Of a DNA stretch of 64,000 bases, positions 54,581 to 64,000 are shown in pieces. Positions within the stretch are counted from its first letter, which is position 1; each line of letters opens with the position of its first letter. The position numbers were made by a program, and so were the translations under genes. The notes below the pieces were generated by a model. That model ran no database searches and was not told where the DNA came from. It saw only the letters and a list, made by a program, of their open reading frames with translations. The stretch is from Candidatus Atelocyanobacterium thalassae (GTDB lineage Bacteria; Cyanobacteriota; Cyanobacteriia; Cyanobacteriales; Microcystaceae). The stretch spans positions 96,001 to 160,000 of the forward strand of contig JBFPLN010000005.1 in NCBI GenBank assembly GCA_051971635.1, in the 5' to 3' direction.

Positions 54581-55513
54581 TTACCTTTGCAAAAATCCTA
54601 ATTTTTCACGTACTAAATATAAAGGACGATGTTTATCTTCACGATAAATTCTTCCAATATACTCACCTATAACTCCTAAGAATACTAATTGAGTTCCACC
54701 GACAAATAGAGTCGCAATGAAAGATAAAGTCCATCCAGGTACCCAACTCAAAGTGAACAGTCTTACAAACAAAGCATAGAATATACCAGTAACAGATAAT
54801 GTAACAGTAAAGAGACCAGCCCAGGTTGCTAATCTTAAAGGGACTAAGGAAAATGATAAGATACCATCAGCTGCAAAACGTATCATTTTAAAAAGCGGAT
54901 ATTTACTAACTCCGGCTAGACGAGGATTACGCTGATAAGGGATTGCTATTTGACGAAATCCTACCCAACTGACCATACCACGTAAAAAACGGTCACGTTC
55001 TGGCATCATCTTGAGAACTTCAACAACACGTCGATCTATTAGCCGAAAATCTCCAGTATCAATAGGAATTGTTACGTCAGACATACGATTCATCACACGA
55101 TAAAAAGCTTTGGCACTCCATAATTTAAAGGCAGTTTCTCCTTGTCTATCAGTTCTTACACCATAGACAACATCATAGCCTTGGAACCAGTAACATAACA
55201 TATCCTTAATAATTTCAGGAGGATCCTGTAAATCAGCATCAATCAAGACTACAGCGTCTCCTGAAGTATGATCTAAACCTGCAGTAACAGCCATTTGATG
55301 GCCAAAGTTACGAGATAAAAGAATTACTTTTACTCGATCATCATCATATTGTAATTCTCGTAAAATCTCTGCTGTTTTGTCTTGACTACCATCATCAACA
55401 TAAACTAATTCAAACTCAGGATTTAAATTACTTAGGACAGTTACTAATTGATTATGAGCTTCTCGAATAACTTCTTGTTCGTTATAGCAGGGAATAACAA
55501 TTGAAATAAGCAC
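54581..55513 (-). CDS. GT2 polyprenol-phosphate glycosyltransferase (GtrB/CsbB-like)
   Basis: IPCYNE, VDDGSQD, SRNFGHQ.A..AG, DADLQDPP, TGDFRL, two C-terminal TM helices, GEYIGRIY...RP.Y. Confidence 0.93.
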   Translation of the reverse strand: MLISIVIPCYNEQEVIREAHNQLVTVLSNLNPEFELVYVDDGSQDKTAEILRELQYDDDRVKVILLSRNFGHQMAVTAGLDHTSGDAVVLIDADLQDPPEIIKDMLCYWFQGYDVVYGVRTDRQGETAFKLWSAKAFYRVMNRMSDVTIPIDTGDFRLIDRRVVEVLKMMPERDRFLRGMVSWVGFRQIAIPYQRNPRLAGVSKYPLFKMIRFAADGILSFSLVPLRLATWAGLFTVTLSVTGIFYALFVRLFTLSWVPGWTLSFIATLFVGGTQLVFLGVIGEYIGRIYREDKHRPLYLVREKLGFLQR

Positions 55514-55601
55514 TATTTACATCCTTTCAGGCTCTAAAAACTTTAAAACAACTAAATTATTTGTTTTAATATTAATGATTAAGTTATTTTCAAAATTATG
55601 G

Positions 55602-56474
55602 TTATTTTTTTGGTGGTATTCCATATAAAGTATGCTCTTCCATACTTAGGGTATAACCTAAGGAATATAGAAAAGGCTGAATCGTAAGTAAAGATGATTT
55701 TCCAGTTTTTACATCAGCATGAATATCTATACAAAGATAAGGTAAATAAGCTTGTAAAGTTTTTTTCGCACCCTGCAGCGCATAGAATTCAAATCCTTCA
55801 ATATCAATTTTGATAGCTGATGGTTCTATTGATTTTTGAGCAATATACTCATCTAGCGTTATTGTTTCTACTGTATAAGTAGTAAACTTTGTATTTGTAT
55901 GAATATTACTATTTACAGCTAGAGTTGATGTATCTGAAGCCCAGGATGAATTATTATCTTTATTATATTCAATAAATTCAGCAGATCCTGATTGATCAGA
56001 AATTGCATCAGGAACAATAATAACATTAGAAATATTATTTAAATTTAAAACTTTTTGTAAGATTTGTTGAGTATTTCTTGCAGGCTCAAAAGCGTAAACT
56101 TTTCCTTTACCTCCAACAGCTTGACTTAATGGTAGGCTAATCACTCCAAAAGATGCACCAATATCTAATACAGTATCTCCGTATTCGACTTTAGAACATA
56201 ACCATTGTGCACAATGCTCTTCTACTAAGAAGTTAAGTTTTCTCTCTGGTAGAGGTAATAAACAATGTTGATAAGTTTGCAAAATTTCAATTGGAGATAA
56301 AAGTTCAATTGCATTTAAGGAACATTGGACTACACTTCCAGGCTTAATATTATCTAAAAGATCTTTGATCGTTTCACGTTTTTGATCTTTCAGTATTTGA
56401 TCAAGAGCATTCAAAATATCAATAATTCCTATAACTTTACGTAACTTATTTATTAGATAATTTTTAGTTCCCAT
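55602..56474 (-). CDS. FkbM family methyltransferase
   Basis: VLDIGASFG, VYAFEP, TITLD, IKIDIEGFE..L.GA. Confidence 0.9.
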   Translation of the reverse strand: MGTKNYLINKLRKVIGIIDILNALDQILKDQKRETIKDLLDNIKPGSVVQCSLNAIELLSPIEILQTYQHCLLPLPERKLNFLVEEHCAQWLCSKVEYGDTVLDIGASFGVISLPLSQAVGGKGKVYAFEPARNTQQILQKVLNLNNISNVIIVPDAISDQSGSAEFIEYNKDNNSSWASDTSTLAVNSNIHTNTKFTTYTVETITLDEYIAQKSIEPSAIKIDIEGFEFYALQGAKKTLQAYLPYLCIDIHADVKTGKSSLLTIQPFLYSLGYTLSMEEHTLYGIPPKK

Positions 56475-56612
56475 ACTTTCTTTAAGTTGCCAATTAGAAT
56501 AAATCTAATACTATAGAGATTCATTAGAAGACTTCTAATTATATGTTCGAAGTTCCTTGAAATTAAAATAATTACTCTTTTTTCTATTTATATCTATCAT
56601 GTATACGTATAG

Positions 56613-58436
56613 ATGCCGAAAATTAAGAATAAAATCATATTTATCAAACCAGATATGTATTCTAAAAACTTTAAACTTGAAAAATTTTCATCACAAATAT
56701 TATTTGCGTTGTTGATAACTATATATTATCTAATTGGCTTTTATTTAATACAACAGACATCAATCACTTCAGATGAATCTGCTTATATTGGTGCTGCTTA
56801 TTCTTACATGCAAGGTCTTGGATTAAACTGGGAACATCCTCTTTTCTTAAAGTTAATTGACTCAGTAATTTTTAAATTATTTTTTTCAAATCATGAAATA
56901 TTAATACCTACTATTAATATCATTAGTGGACAAGAAAGTGTTGAAGCTCGTTTAGCTGCTTTTAATGTAGGCTATGAAATACTTATGAAAGACCCTACAG
57001 CATTTCATAAAATAGTTTTTAGTTTGCGGTTTGTTCACCTTTTTTTCAACAGCTTAATTTTTTTATGGTTCTATTTATATACTTTTACATTTCATGAAAT
57101 TAATTCTACTATTTCTATAGTTTTTCTTACTTTATATACTTTCTCTCCTAGTTTTTATAGTCATAATTTTTTAGTAGCTTTTGATATTGGTGTTAGCTTA
57201 TACGCATTATTATCCACTTTAAGCTTTGCTTTTCTTGTAAAGTCTCTTGTTCAGGAGAAAAGCAAATATTTAGTAGCACACTTTATTTTATTTACTCTTC
57301 TTTTACTCATTGCTATTAATATAAAATTTAGTAATTTAATTCTTATACCAGTTATAGGACTAGTATATATTACTTATAGTATTTATCTATTAGTCAAAAA
57401 ACGTAAACAAAAATTTTTACAAATTACTTTTATAGGAAGTCTCATCTTATTATTACAAATTATTCTAACTACCTCAATGTATAGTTGGGCATTTAGAAAT
57501 TTGCCTAATAAATCTTTATTAAATATTCTAAATATTTATACTCACGGAATTGGAATGAATTTAAGTACAGCAAAAGGGATAAGAGAGCCGTTTGTGAATG
57601 GACAATTTGTATCAATAACAGCTATTCATTACTTATTAAATATTTTCTGGTTTAAGGAGAATTTAGCTTTTTTAATAATAGTAACTTTTCTTTTTTTCGT
57701 CTTAGCAAGCAAAATATTATTTGGAAGATATTCTATACAAGAAAAACTTAAGCTTTATCTTAGTAAAAAAATACTATTAGTCATTACCATAGTTTCCATG
57801 TATCCAATAATCTACTTATTGATAGGTCATAACAGTCGCTTTATTATTGGATATAGATACTTTTATCCTATTGTTATATTTATTTACTTATTTATTTCTA
57901 CTTTATTATTTCGTTTGCAATATAGGTGGAAAAAATACATTTTATTATGCTTAATGACTTTTTATATATATCTAGGAACTATCGGAATTTCTCAATCTTT
58001 AAGTTATGTCAGCCCTATTTGGAATAAGGAAAAATGGAAGTTAACTGATGACTCTGCAATTAATTGGGGTCAAGAAACACAACATGTAGTAGACTATTTA
58101 CTACAAAATAGATTATTACCAGAAAATAATCAAAATACTCTTGTCTATCAGCTTTTTGGTGTTAATATTGGTTTTGTACAGTATCTTGAACTATTAAGTA
58201 AAAATTATAAATATCCTATTAATGTTCAATCTTATCGTCGATCTACACTCGATCTAAAAAATAAAGAGATTACTAAGTTACCTTATAAGTATTTGCTAAT
58301 CGACAGCACTGTGAAACAGCAGATATATGTAGAAAAGAATAATAATCTCGCTGCTTCTCATAATTGGGATTTTTTAATAAAAAGAAAGCCGATTTATTCA
58401 CGCAATAATATTATTTATATCTATCAAATTAAATGA
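56613..58436 (+). CDS. GT-C fold membrane glycosyltransferase (ArnT/PMT-like)
   Basis: SITSDE..YI.A.YSY...LN.EHP motif in first loop, KFS motif, GYRYF.P, DSAINWGQ; many TM segments. Confidence 0.78.
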   Translation: MPKIKNKIIFIKPDMYSKNFKLEKFSSQILFALLITIYYLIGFYLIQQTSITSDESAYIGAAYSYMQGLGLNWEHPLFLKLIDSVIFKLFFSNHEILIPTINIISGQESVEARLAAFNVGYEILMKDPTAFHKIVFSLRFVHLFFNSLIFLWFYLYTFTFHEINSTISIVFLTLYTFSPSFYSHNFLVAFDIGVSLYALLSTLSFAFLVKSLVQEKSKYLVAHFILFTLLLLIAINIKFSNLILIPVIGLVYITYSIYLLVKKRKQKFLQITFIGSLILLLQIILTTSMYSWAFRNLPNKSLLNILNIYTHGIGMNLSTAKGIREPFVNGQFVSITAIHYLLNIFWFKENLAFLIIVTFLFFVLASKILFGRYSIQEKLKLYLSKKILLVITIVSMYPIIYLLIGHNSRFIIGYRYFYPIVIFIYLFISTLLFRLQYRWKKYILLCLMTFYIYLGTIGISQSLSYVSPIWNKEKWKLTDDSAINWGQETQHVVDYLLQNRLLPENNQNTLVYQLFGVNIGFVQYLELLSKNYKYPINVQSYRRSTLDLKNKEITKLPYKYLLIDSTVKQQIYVEKNNNLAASHNWDFLIKRKPIYSRNNIIYIYQIK

Positions 58437-60604
58437 TTCTAAACAATCTATCCAAATTTATAAATCAATTTATAAATAAAAATCGCATAAGTCTTAAAAT
58501 CATAATTTTATATTGTGTTATTGCGTTGTCACTAATGGCACCAATGGCCTCATCAACAATAATTCCTTCTATTAACGACACTCCTTCCCATATAAGCTAC
58601 ATAGTACAGGCAAGAGATGCTATCAATGAAGGTCAATTTCCTCTTCGAATAGCTCCTTTAGAAAATAATGGTTGGAGATATCCAGGATTTCAGTTTTACA
58701 GTCAATTACCTTATTTCATAGGTGGATGGTTCTATAAATTGCTTACGCCTAATAATCCATACTATGCATATAAGTTGGTTCTTATAATGGCTCTTGTTAT
58801 GGGGGGATTGTATATCTACTTCCTAAGTCTTAAACTTACAAGATCTCGTATAGCATCTATTTTGAGTGGAGTTGCTTATATGTCAGCTCCTTATTTTTTA
58901 AATAATATACACTCAAGAGGAGCTTTTACTGAAGCAGTCGCTCAGGGTATTCTCCCTGTTGTTATTTATTATGCTCTTGAATGCTATCTGACCAGAAAAA
59001 AAGGCTACTTTATTTTAAGTGCATTGAGTTGGTTTTGCTTAAGTATTACTCACCTAATAACTTTTATTTACGGAACAATTTTTATTTTTTTTCTACTTAC
59101 AATTGTTATCACTCAAACAAAGAAAAATAAATTTGATTTTCTCCCTCTTATAAGTTCAGTAAAAGCTTATGTCTTAGGTTGGTTATTAGGACTATATTTT
59201 CTTGCTCCTATTATTTTAGTTTCTCCGCATCTTTCTATTCGTAAACAAATTAAAGCCATAAATCCTTTTGGTACTAACACTTATACGCCTATAGCTAATT
59301 TACTTTCTCCTATATCTTTACCTGCTGAACCATCAGAAAATGGTTTGGCAGCTACTTATGGACTTCATCCAGCTATTGGCTGGATATTCCTAATTGCTTT
59401 TAGTGTCATAATATATTACACGTATTTTAGTTCTTTTAACCCTCCAAGACTAAAACCTATTCGTCCTTATATAAATGGATTATTATGTGTGTTTCTCGTT
59501 GCTTTATTTTTAACTTGGAGCCCTGTTGATATCTGGAGTATCTTACCACGGCAATTCTGGGTAACTCAGTTCACGTTTCGTTTTATTACTCATATTATGT
59601 GGGCAGGAGCATTATTAACATCATATGCAATTGTTCTTATTTTTCGTGAAAGACTTGATCGCCGTCATCTAATTATTGGAATATTATTAATTATCTTGGT
59701 GGGACGTTCTTGGATGCCAGCTCCAAGAGGAACTTTAACTGTTAACAAATTAATAGAAGAACCTCTATTTAAATATTCTGGATCATTAGATTACTTATAT
59801 CGCACTCCTGTCAAAACTATTTATGGTAAAAATGAATTACCTCTACTACATCCAGAATGGATTCCTGGATATAGTACATGGAATACCTTCGTTAATCATC
59901 CTTTAATTCTTGATGCAGAGCTACGGTATCCGATGTGGAAAGAAGAAGAAAGTCCTATAATATTCTTAGAAGCAGATATTTCTCCAGTAAATATTGAACA
60001 ACCAACTATATTAGAAGCCTATATTGATGGTAGGAAGATAAGTTCCGTATCCCTTGATTCTCCTAAACTTAATTGGCAGATTCCCTTGCCTAAAGTTTCA
60101 CCGTCCAGTAATGATTTTGGACTAAAGTTTGCATTAAATAATTTTAATAAAGACAAACAAATTCCTAATATTAGAGTTAATCGATTTTTCTTAGAAGGAA
60201 TGTCTTCTGATAAAACAATAATACCAGTTTCAGAAACACAACAATATTGTAGGCAAGAAGGTGTTAATACTATTTGTGAACTCTTAATTGGAGAAGAAGC
60301 TCATATAGCTCAACTTCCTGTTCTTTATTATCCAAACATGTTTAAGGTATGGGTTGACAACAAGTTATTTAAAGAAGCTTTCTCAGTTCACTACCGAGAT
60401 TATAATCTAGTAGGTTTAAGGCTTAAAACAGGAAAACATGTAATAAGATCTACTTTTTATGGCTTAAGTTGGGCTAATTGGATAAGTGGTTTAACTTGGC
60501 TTATTTTGGTCAGCTACATCAGCATACCTTTGTATAAAAATTTTAAAAAGGACAATCTGATATACCGAAATAATTTTTATTCTAAGAAATCAGAAAAGGA
60601 TTAA
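58433..60604 (+). CDS. GT-C membrane protein (PTPS-related / YfhO-like)
   Basis: D.PSH...QA..AI.EGQFP.R, G.RYP.FQFY..LPY, RGAFTE, QFTFR; C-terminal YYP...V.VD module; ATGA overlap with upstream gene. Confidence 0.75.
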   Translation: MILNNLSKFINQFINKNRISLKIIILYCVIALSLMAPMASSTIIPSINDTPSHISYIVQARDAINEGQFPLRIAPLENNGWRYPGFQFYSQLPYFIGGWFYKLLTPNNPYYAYKLVLIMALVMGGLYIYFLSLKLTRSRIASILSGVAYMSAPYFLNNIHSRGAFTEAVAQGILPVVIYYALECYLTRKKGYFILSALSWFCLSITHLITFIYGTIFIFFLLTIVITQTKKNKFDFLPLISSVKAYVLGWLLGLYFLAPIILVSPHLSIRKQIKAINPFGTNTYTPIANLLSPISLPAEPSENGLAATYGLHPAIGWIFLIAFSVIIYYTYFSSFNPPRLKPIRPYINGLLCVFLVALFLTWSPVDIWSILPRQFWVTQFTFRFITHIMWAGALLTSYAIVLIFRERLDRRHLIIGILLIILVGRSWMPAPRGTLTVNKLIEEPLFKYSGSLDYLYRTPVKTIYGKNELPLLHPEWIPGYSTWNTFVNHPLILDAELRYPMWKEEESPIIFLEADISPVNIEQPTILEAYIDGRKISSVSLDSPKLNWQIPLPKVSPSSNDFGLKFALNNFNKDKQIPNIRVNRFFLEGMSSDKTIIPVSETQQYCRQEGVNTICELLIGEEAHIAQLPVLYYPNMFKVWVDNKLFKEAFSVHYRDYNLVGLRLKTGKHVIRSTFYGLSWANWISGLTWLILVSYISIPLYKNFKKDNLIYRNNFYSKKSEKD

Positions 60605-60648
60605 ACATATAGCTGTTTGCTCTACAATCATTTCAAATATATTATATT

Positions 60649-61374
60649 TTATTGATCAAAGAGTACCTTAATCATAAATTTAGGAATTACTAACATACGT
60701 TTCCAGCGCCAAGGTTCCTGATAAAGTCTATATAGCCATTCTAAATTATTATTTTGTAGCCATAAAGGAGCACGTAATTTATTGTTTGACCATATATCAA
60801 AACTTCCTCCAACTCCTATCCAGATAGATTCAGGGCATAAATTTTTGTTTTCATGAATCCATTGTTCTTGACGTGGTACTCCTAATCCAATCAGGATTAA
60901 TTTAGGTTGTTTTATAAGCAATGTATTTTTCCATTCTTCTTCTTCTCTAGAAGATAAGTATCCATGGTTAGTTAAAATATTAGCTCCTGGCAACTTTGTT
61001 AACCATTTTTCTGCTGATTTTTTGGCTATCCCAGGCTTTCCACCATAAAATGCGATTGGATATCTATTTCCTTCACAACTTAATGCTCTAATTAAAATTT
61101 CTGCTAATTGAATGCCTGGGGAACGCTTTTGATATATTCCATTCAATCTTAAGGATAGAATTATTCCTGCACCATCAGGAATGACTAATTGTGAATTTTT
61201 AATAATTTTTTCAAGCATACTGTTCTGTTTTGCTAACATTACCATTTCAGCATTGAGAGTGACAACATGGACCCCTTTATGTTCTTTTAGGCTTTTTATT
61301 AGCCATCCAGCATAATCAATAGAGAGATGAACAGGTAGACCAACAATTAGAAAAGATTTAAGAGATGATGGCAT
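60649..61374 (-). CDS. WecB/TagA/CpsF family glycosyltransferase (GT26)
   Basis: VVTLNAE, IPDGAG, GLGVPRQE.WI, GVGGSFD, RAP.W....LEWLYRL.QEP.RW. Confidence 0.95.
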   Translation of the reverse strand: MPSSLKSFLIVGLPVHLSIDYAGWLIKSLKEHKGVHVVTLNAEMVMLAKQNSMLEKIIKNSQLVIPDGAGIILSLRLNGIYQKRSPGIQLAEILIRALSCEGNRYPIAFYGGKPGIAKKSAEKWLTKLPGANILTNHGYLSSREEEEWKNTLLIKQPKLILIGLGVPRQEQWIHENKNLCPESIWIGVGGSFDIWSNNKLRAPLWLQNNNLEWLYRLYQEPWRWKRMLVIPKFMIKVLFDQ

Positions 61375-61700
61375 GGATTTATTAAGAGCAAAACTAAATT
61401 ATCAATATACAGTAGGCCTTAAATAAAAACTCATTTATCAGTATAATCAAGCTAATGTTTGTTAATTTTGAGTTATTTTAAAATATTCTAAATGTTAGAA
61501 ATCATTATTTAAACCGTAAAAATAATATAATTTTCTAAGAATTAGATTATTAATTAATACTGGTAGTAAAAAACATTATTAAATTTAATCCAATAATGTT
61601 GACATATAGCATTTTTTTTTGATATGGTGAGAATTTGTCAGCTATCTTGACTAATTGATAGTTTTTTTGGCATTTTCTCTCTAAATATAAAATTTATTTT

Positions 61701-62081
61701 ATGCCTACTATTCAGCAGTTAATTCGGAGTGAACGCTCCAAAGCGAAAAAGAAAACTAAATCTCCAGCTCTAAAGCAGTGTCCCCAACGCCGTGGGGTCT
61801 GTACCAGGGTTTATACTACTACCCCTAAAAAACCAAATTCTGCCTTAAGAAAAGTAGCCAGAGTCCGTTTAACTTCAGGGTTTGAAGTAACAGCCTATAT
61901 ACCAGGTATTGGACATAACTTACAAGAGCACTCCGTCGTTTTAATTCGTGGAGGTCGGGTTAAGGATCTACCTGGTGTCCGTTATCATATTATTCGCGGA
62001 ACCTTAGATGCTCAAGGAGTAAAAGATAGAAAGCAAGGACGCTCTAAGTATGGAGCTAAACGTCCTAAGGCTAAGGCTTAA
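61701..62081 (+). CDS. rpsL: 30S ribosomal protein S12
   Basis: [30 protein letters not shown]. Confidence 0.99.
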   Translation: MPTIQQLIRSERSKAKKKTKSPALKQCPQRRGVCTRVYTTTPKKPNSALRKVARVRLTSGFEVTAYIPGIGHNLQEHSVVLIRGGRVKDLPGVRYHIIRGTLDAQGVKDRKQGRSKYGAKRPKAKA

Positions 62082-62178
62082 GTTGTCAAGATTATGATCA
62101 CTCAAGCCTACGGAACCTAAAAGTTTAAATTGATAGAATCGTTTAATAGCCTTAACTGTTTAAAAGGAAGAAATTATT

Positions 62179-62649
62179 ATGTCCCGTCGAGGAAACATTA
62201 AAAGGAAACCTGTACCGCCTGATCCTGTATATAGTAGTTGTTTACTTAATATGACTATTCGTAGGGTAATGAAAAGCGGCAAAAAATCTGTTGCTGCAGG
62301 TATTGTATATGATGCTATGAAAGTAATTGGAGAACGAACTGGTAAAGAACCTCTAGAAGTTTTTGAACAAGCTATAAAAAACTTAACACCACTAGTGGAA
62401 GTTAAAGCCCGTCGTGTTGGAGGAGCAACTTACCAGGTACCAATGGAAGTTCGTCCCTCCAGAGGAACAACTTTAGCCTTACGATGGCTAATTAAATATT
62501 CCAGAATTAGAGGTGGCCGCACCATGGCAGGAAAATTATCAAGTGAGATTATGGATGCTGCTAATGAAACAGGTGCAGCAATGAAAAAACGTGATGAGAC
62601 ACATCGTATGGCTGATGCAAACAAAGCTTTTGCGCATTATCGCTACTAA
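62179..62649 (+). CDS. rpsG: 30S ribosomal protein S7
   Basis: [28 protein letters not shown]. Confidence 0.99.
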   Translation: MSRRGNIKRKPVPPDPVYSSCLLNMTIRRVMKSGKKSVAAGIVYDAMKVIGERTGKEPLEVFEQAIKNLTPLVEVKARRVGGATYQVPMEVRPSRGTTLALRWLIKYSRIRGGRTMAGKLSSEIMDAANETGAAMKKRDETHRMADANKAFAHYRY

Positions 62650-62803
62650 CGGATATTATTTCAGTAATTGTATTTAATACCTCCTTTCTAAAGTCAACTT
62701 CCCATAGATTTCTTGAAAGAGAAATATTAAGGTTACGACTAGTAAAAATTTAGTAAACGATGAAATGTATAAAAATACTTAGGTAAGCCATAAGGAGGAC
62801 GTT

Positions 62804-64000
62804 TTGACACGTAATATCCCACTAGAGAAGGTACGAAATATTGGAATTGCCGCACATATAGATGCTGGTAAAACCACAACGACTGAACGTATTCTTTTCT
62901 ATACAGGAATCGCACACAAACTAGGTGAGGTCCATGAAGGTACTGCTATTATGGACTGGATGGTCCAAGAGCAAGAAAGAGGTATAACAATTACAGCTGC
63001 TGCTATTAGTACTAATTGGTTAGATCATCGAGTTAACATAATAGATACTCCGGGACATGTAGATTTCACAATCGAAGTTGAACGTTCTATGAGAGTACTC
63101 GACGGAGTAGTAGCGATATTCTGTGCAGTGGGAGGTGTTCAACCGCAATCCGAAACTGTTTGGAGGCAAGCCAATCGTTATAAAGTTCCCCGTATAGTTT
63201 TCATCAATAAAATGGATCGTACTGGAGCTAATTTCTTCAAAGTTTATAAGCAAATATGTGATCGCTTAAAAGCTAATATTATTCCAATTCAAATACCTAT
63301 TGGTAATGAAAGTGATTTTTGCGGTATCGTTGATCTCGTAAAGATGAGAGCTAAGGTTTATCAAGATGACCTAGGAGAAAAGATCGAAGATATTGAAATT
63401 CCTTCTGAATATTTAGAAAAAGCTCAGGAATATCGTACTAGGCTGATTGAAGCAGTTGCTGAAATTGATGAAACTTTACTAGAGAAATACTTAGAAGGAG
63501 AGGATTTAACGGAAGCAGAGATTAGAGAAGGCTTAAGAAAAGGTACTCTAGAACAGTCTATCATACCTCTGCTGTGTGGTTCAGCTTTTAAGAATAAGGG
63601 AGTCCAGCTGTTACTAGATGCTATTGTCGAATATCTACCTTCTCCTCTTGATGTTCCTTCAATTAAAGGATTGTTACCTGATAACGTAGAAGGCTATCGT
63701 ATAAGTTCCGATGAAGAACCCTTTTCTGCTCTTGTTTTCAAAATTGCTTCTGATCCTTATGGTCGCCTAACTTTTATACGTGTTTATTCTGGGATATTAA
63801 AAAAAGGAAGCTTTATTTATAATGCAGTAAAAAAGCAAAAGGAAAGAATTTCTCGTTTAATTATTCTTAAATCTAATGATCGTATTGAAGTAGATGAATT
63901 GAGAGCAGGAGATTTAGGTGCAATTATTGGTTTAAGAAAAACGACTACTGGTGATACTTTGTGTGATGAGAACCATCCTATTCTTTTAGAATCCCTGTAC
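62804..64000 (+). CDS. fusA: Elongation factor G (3' end runs off window)
   Basis: Absent from ORF track; AAGGAGG RBS, TTG start, [24 protein letters not shown]...ERGITI...DTPGHVDF; follows rpsL-rpsG. Confidence 0.98.
   Translation, partial: MTRNIPLEKVRNIGIAAHIDAGKTTTTERILFYTGIAHKLGEVHEGTAIMDWMVQEQERGITITAAAISTNWLDHRVNIIDTPGHVDFTIEVERSMRVLDGVVAIFCAVGGVQPQSETVWRQANRYKVPRIVFINKMDRTGANFFKVYKQICDRLKANIIPIQIPIGNESDFCGIVDLVKMRAKVYQDDLGEKIEDIEIPSEYLEKAQEYRTRLIEAVAEIDETLLEKYLEGEDLTEAEIREGLRKGTLEQSIIPLLCGSAFKNKGVQLLLDAIVEYLPSPLDVPSIKGLLPDNVEGYRISSDEEPFSALVFKIASDPYGRLTFIRVYSGILKKGSFIYNAVKKQKERISRLIILKSNDRIEVDELRAGDLGAIIGLRKTTTGDTLCDENHPILLESLY

Overview
AT-rich, gene-dense region of a genome-reduced unicellular cyanobacterium. 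The protein sequences, apparent lack of HIP1 octamers, retained chlorophyll and cobamide genes and decaying pseudogenes best fit an N2-fixing endosymbiont of the Crocosphaera/Cyanothece lineage such as UCYN-A; a rhopalodiacean spheroid body cannot be excluded, and this assignment is inference. Most of the window is housekeeping: peptidoglycan (murB/C/E/F, rodA, ddpX), chlorophyll (chlL, chlN, chlM), cobQ, translation (rpmG, rpsR, rpsP, rpsL, rpsG, fusA, thrS, serS, tRNA-Leu(GAG)), uvrB, sat, aroQ and fabG. Features missing from the ORF track that I read directly from the DNA: lnt and fusA (cut by the window edges), a probable 6S RNA, a heavily decayed glgC pseudogene (29.5-30.4 kb) and a 2-Cys peroxiredoxin pseudogene with both catalytic Cys mutated (48.1-48.7 kb). 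Intact but apparently non-catalytic proteins are kept: a RecJ-like protein without DHH motifs, a Tat-signal pseudo-orthocaspase and an ArgRS-like protein lacking its catalytic domain. The most system-like accessory block is an ~8 kb cluster (53-61 kb) with a sugar C-methyltransferase, an FkbM methyltransferase, a GtrB-type GT2, two coupled GT-C membrane transferases and a WecB/TagA GT. It is a candidate methyl-sugar surface glycosylation module. No mobile elements or CRISPR arrays were seen.
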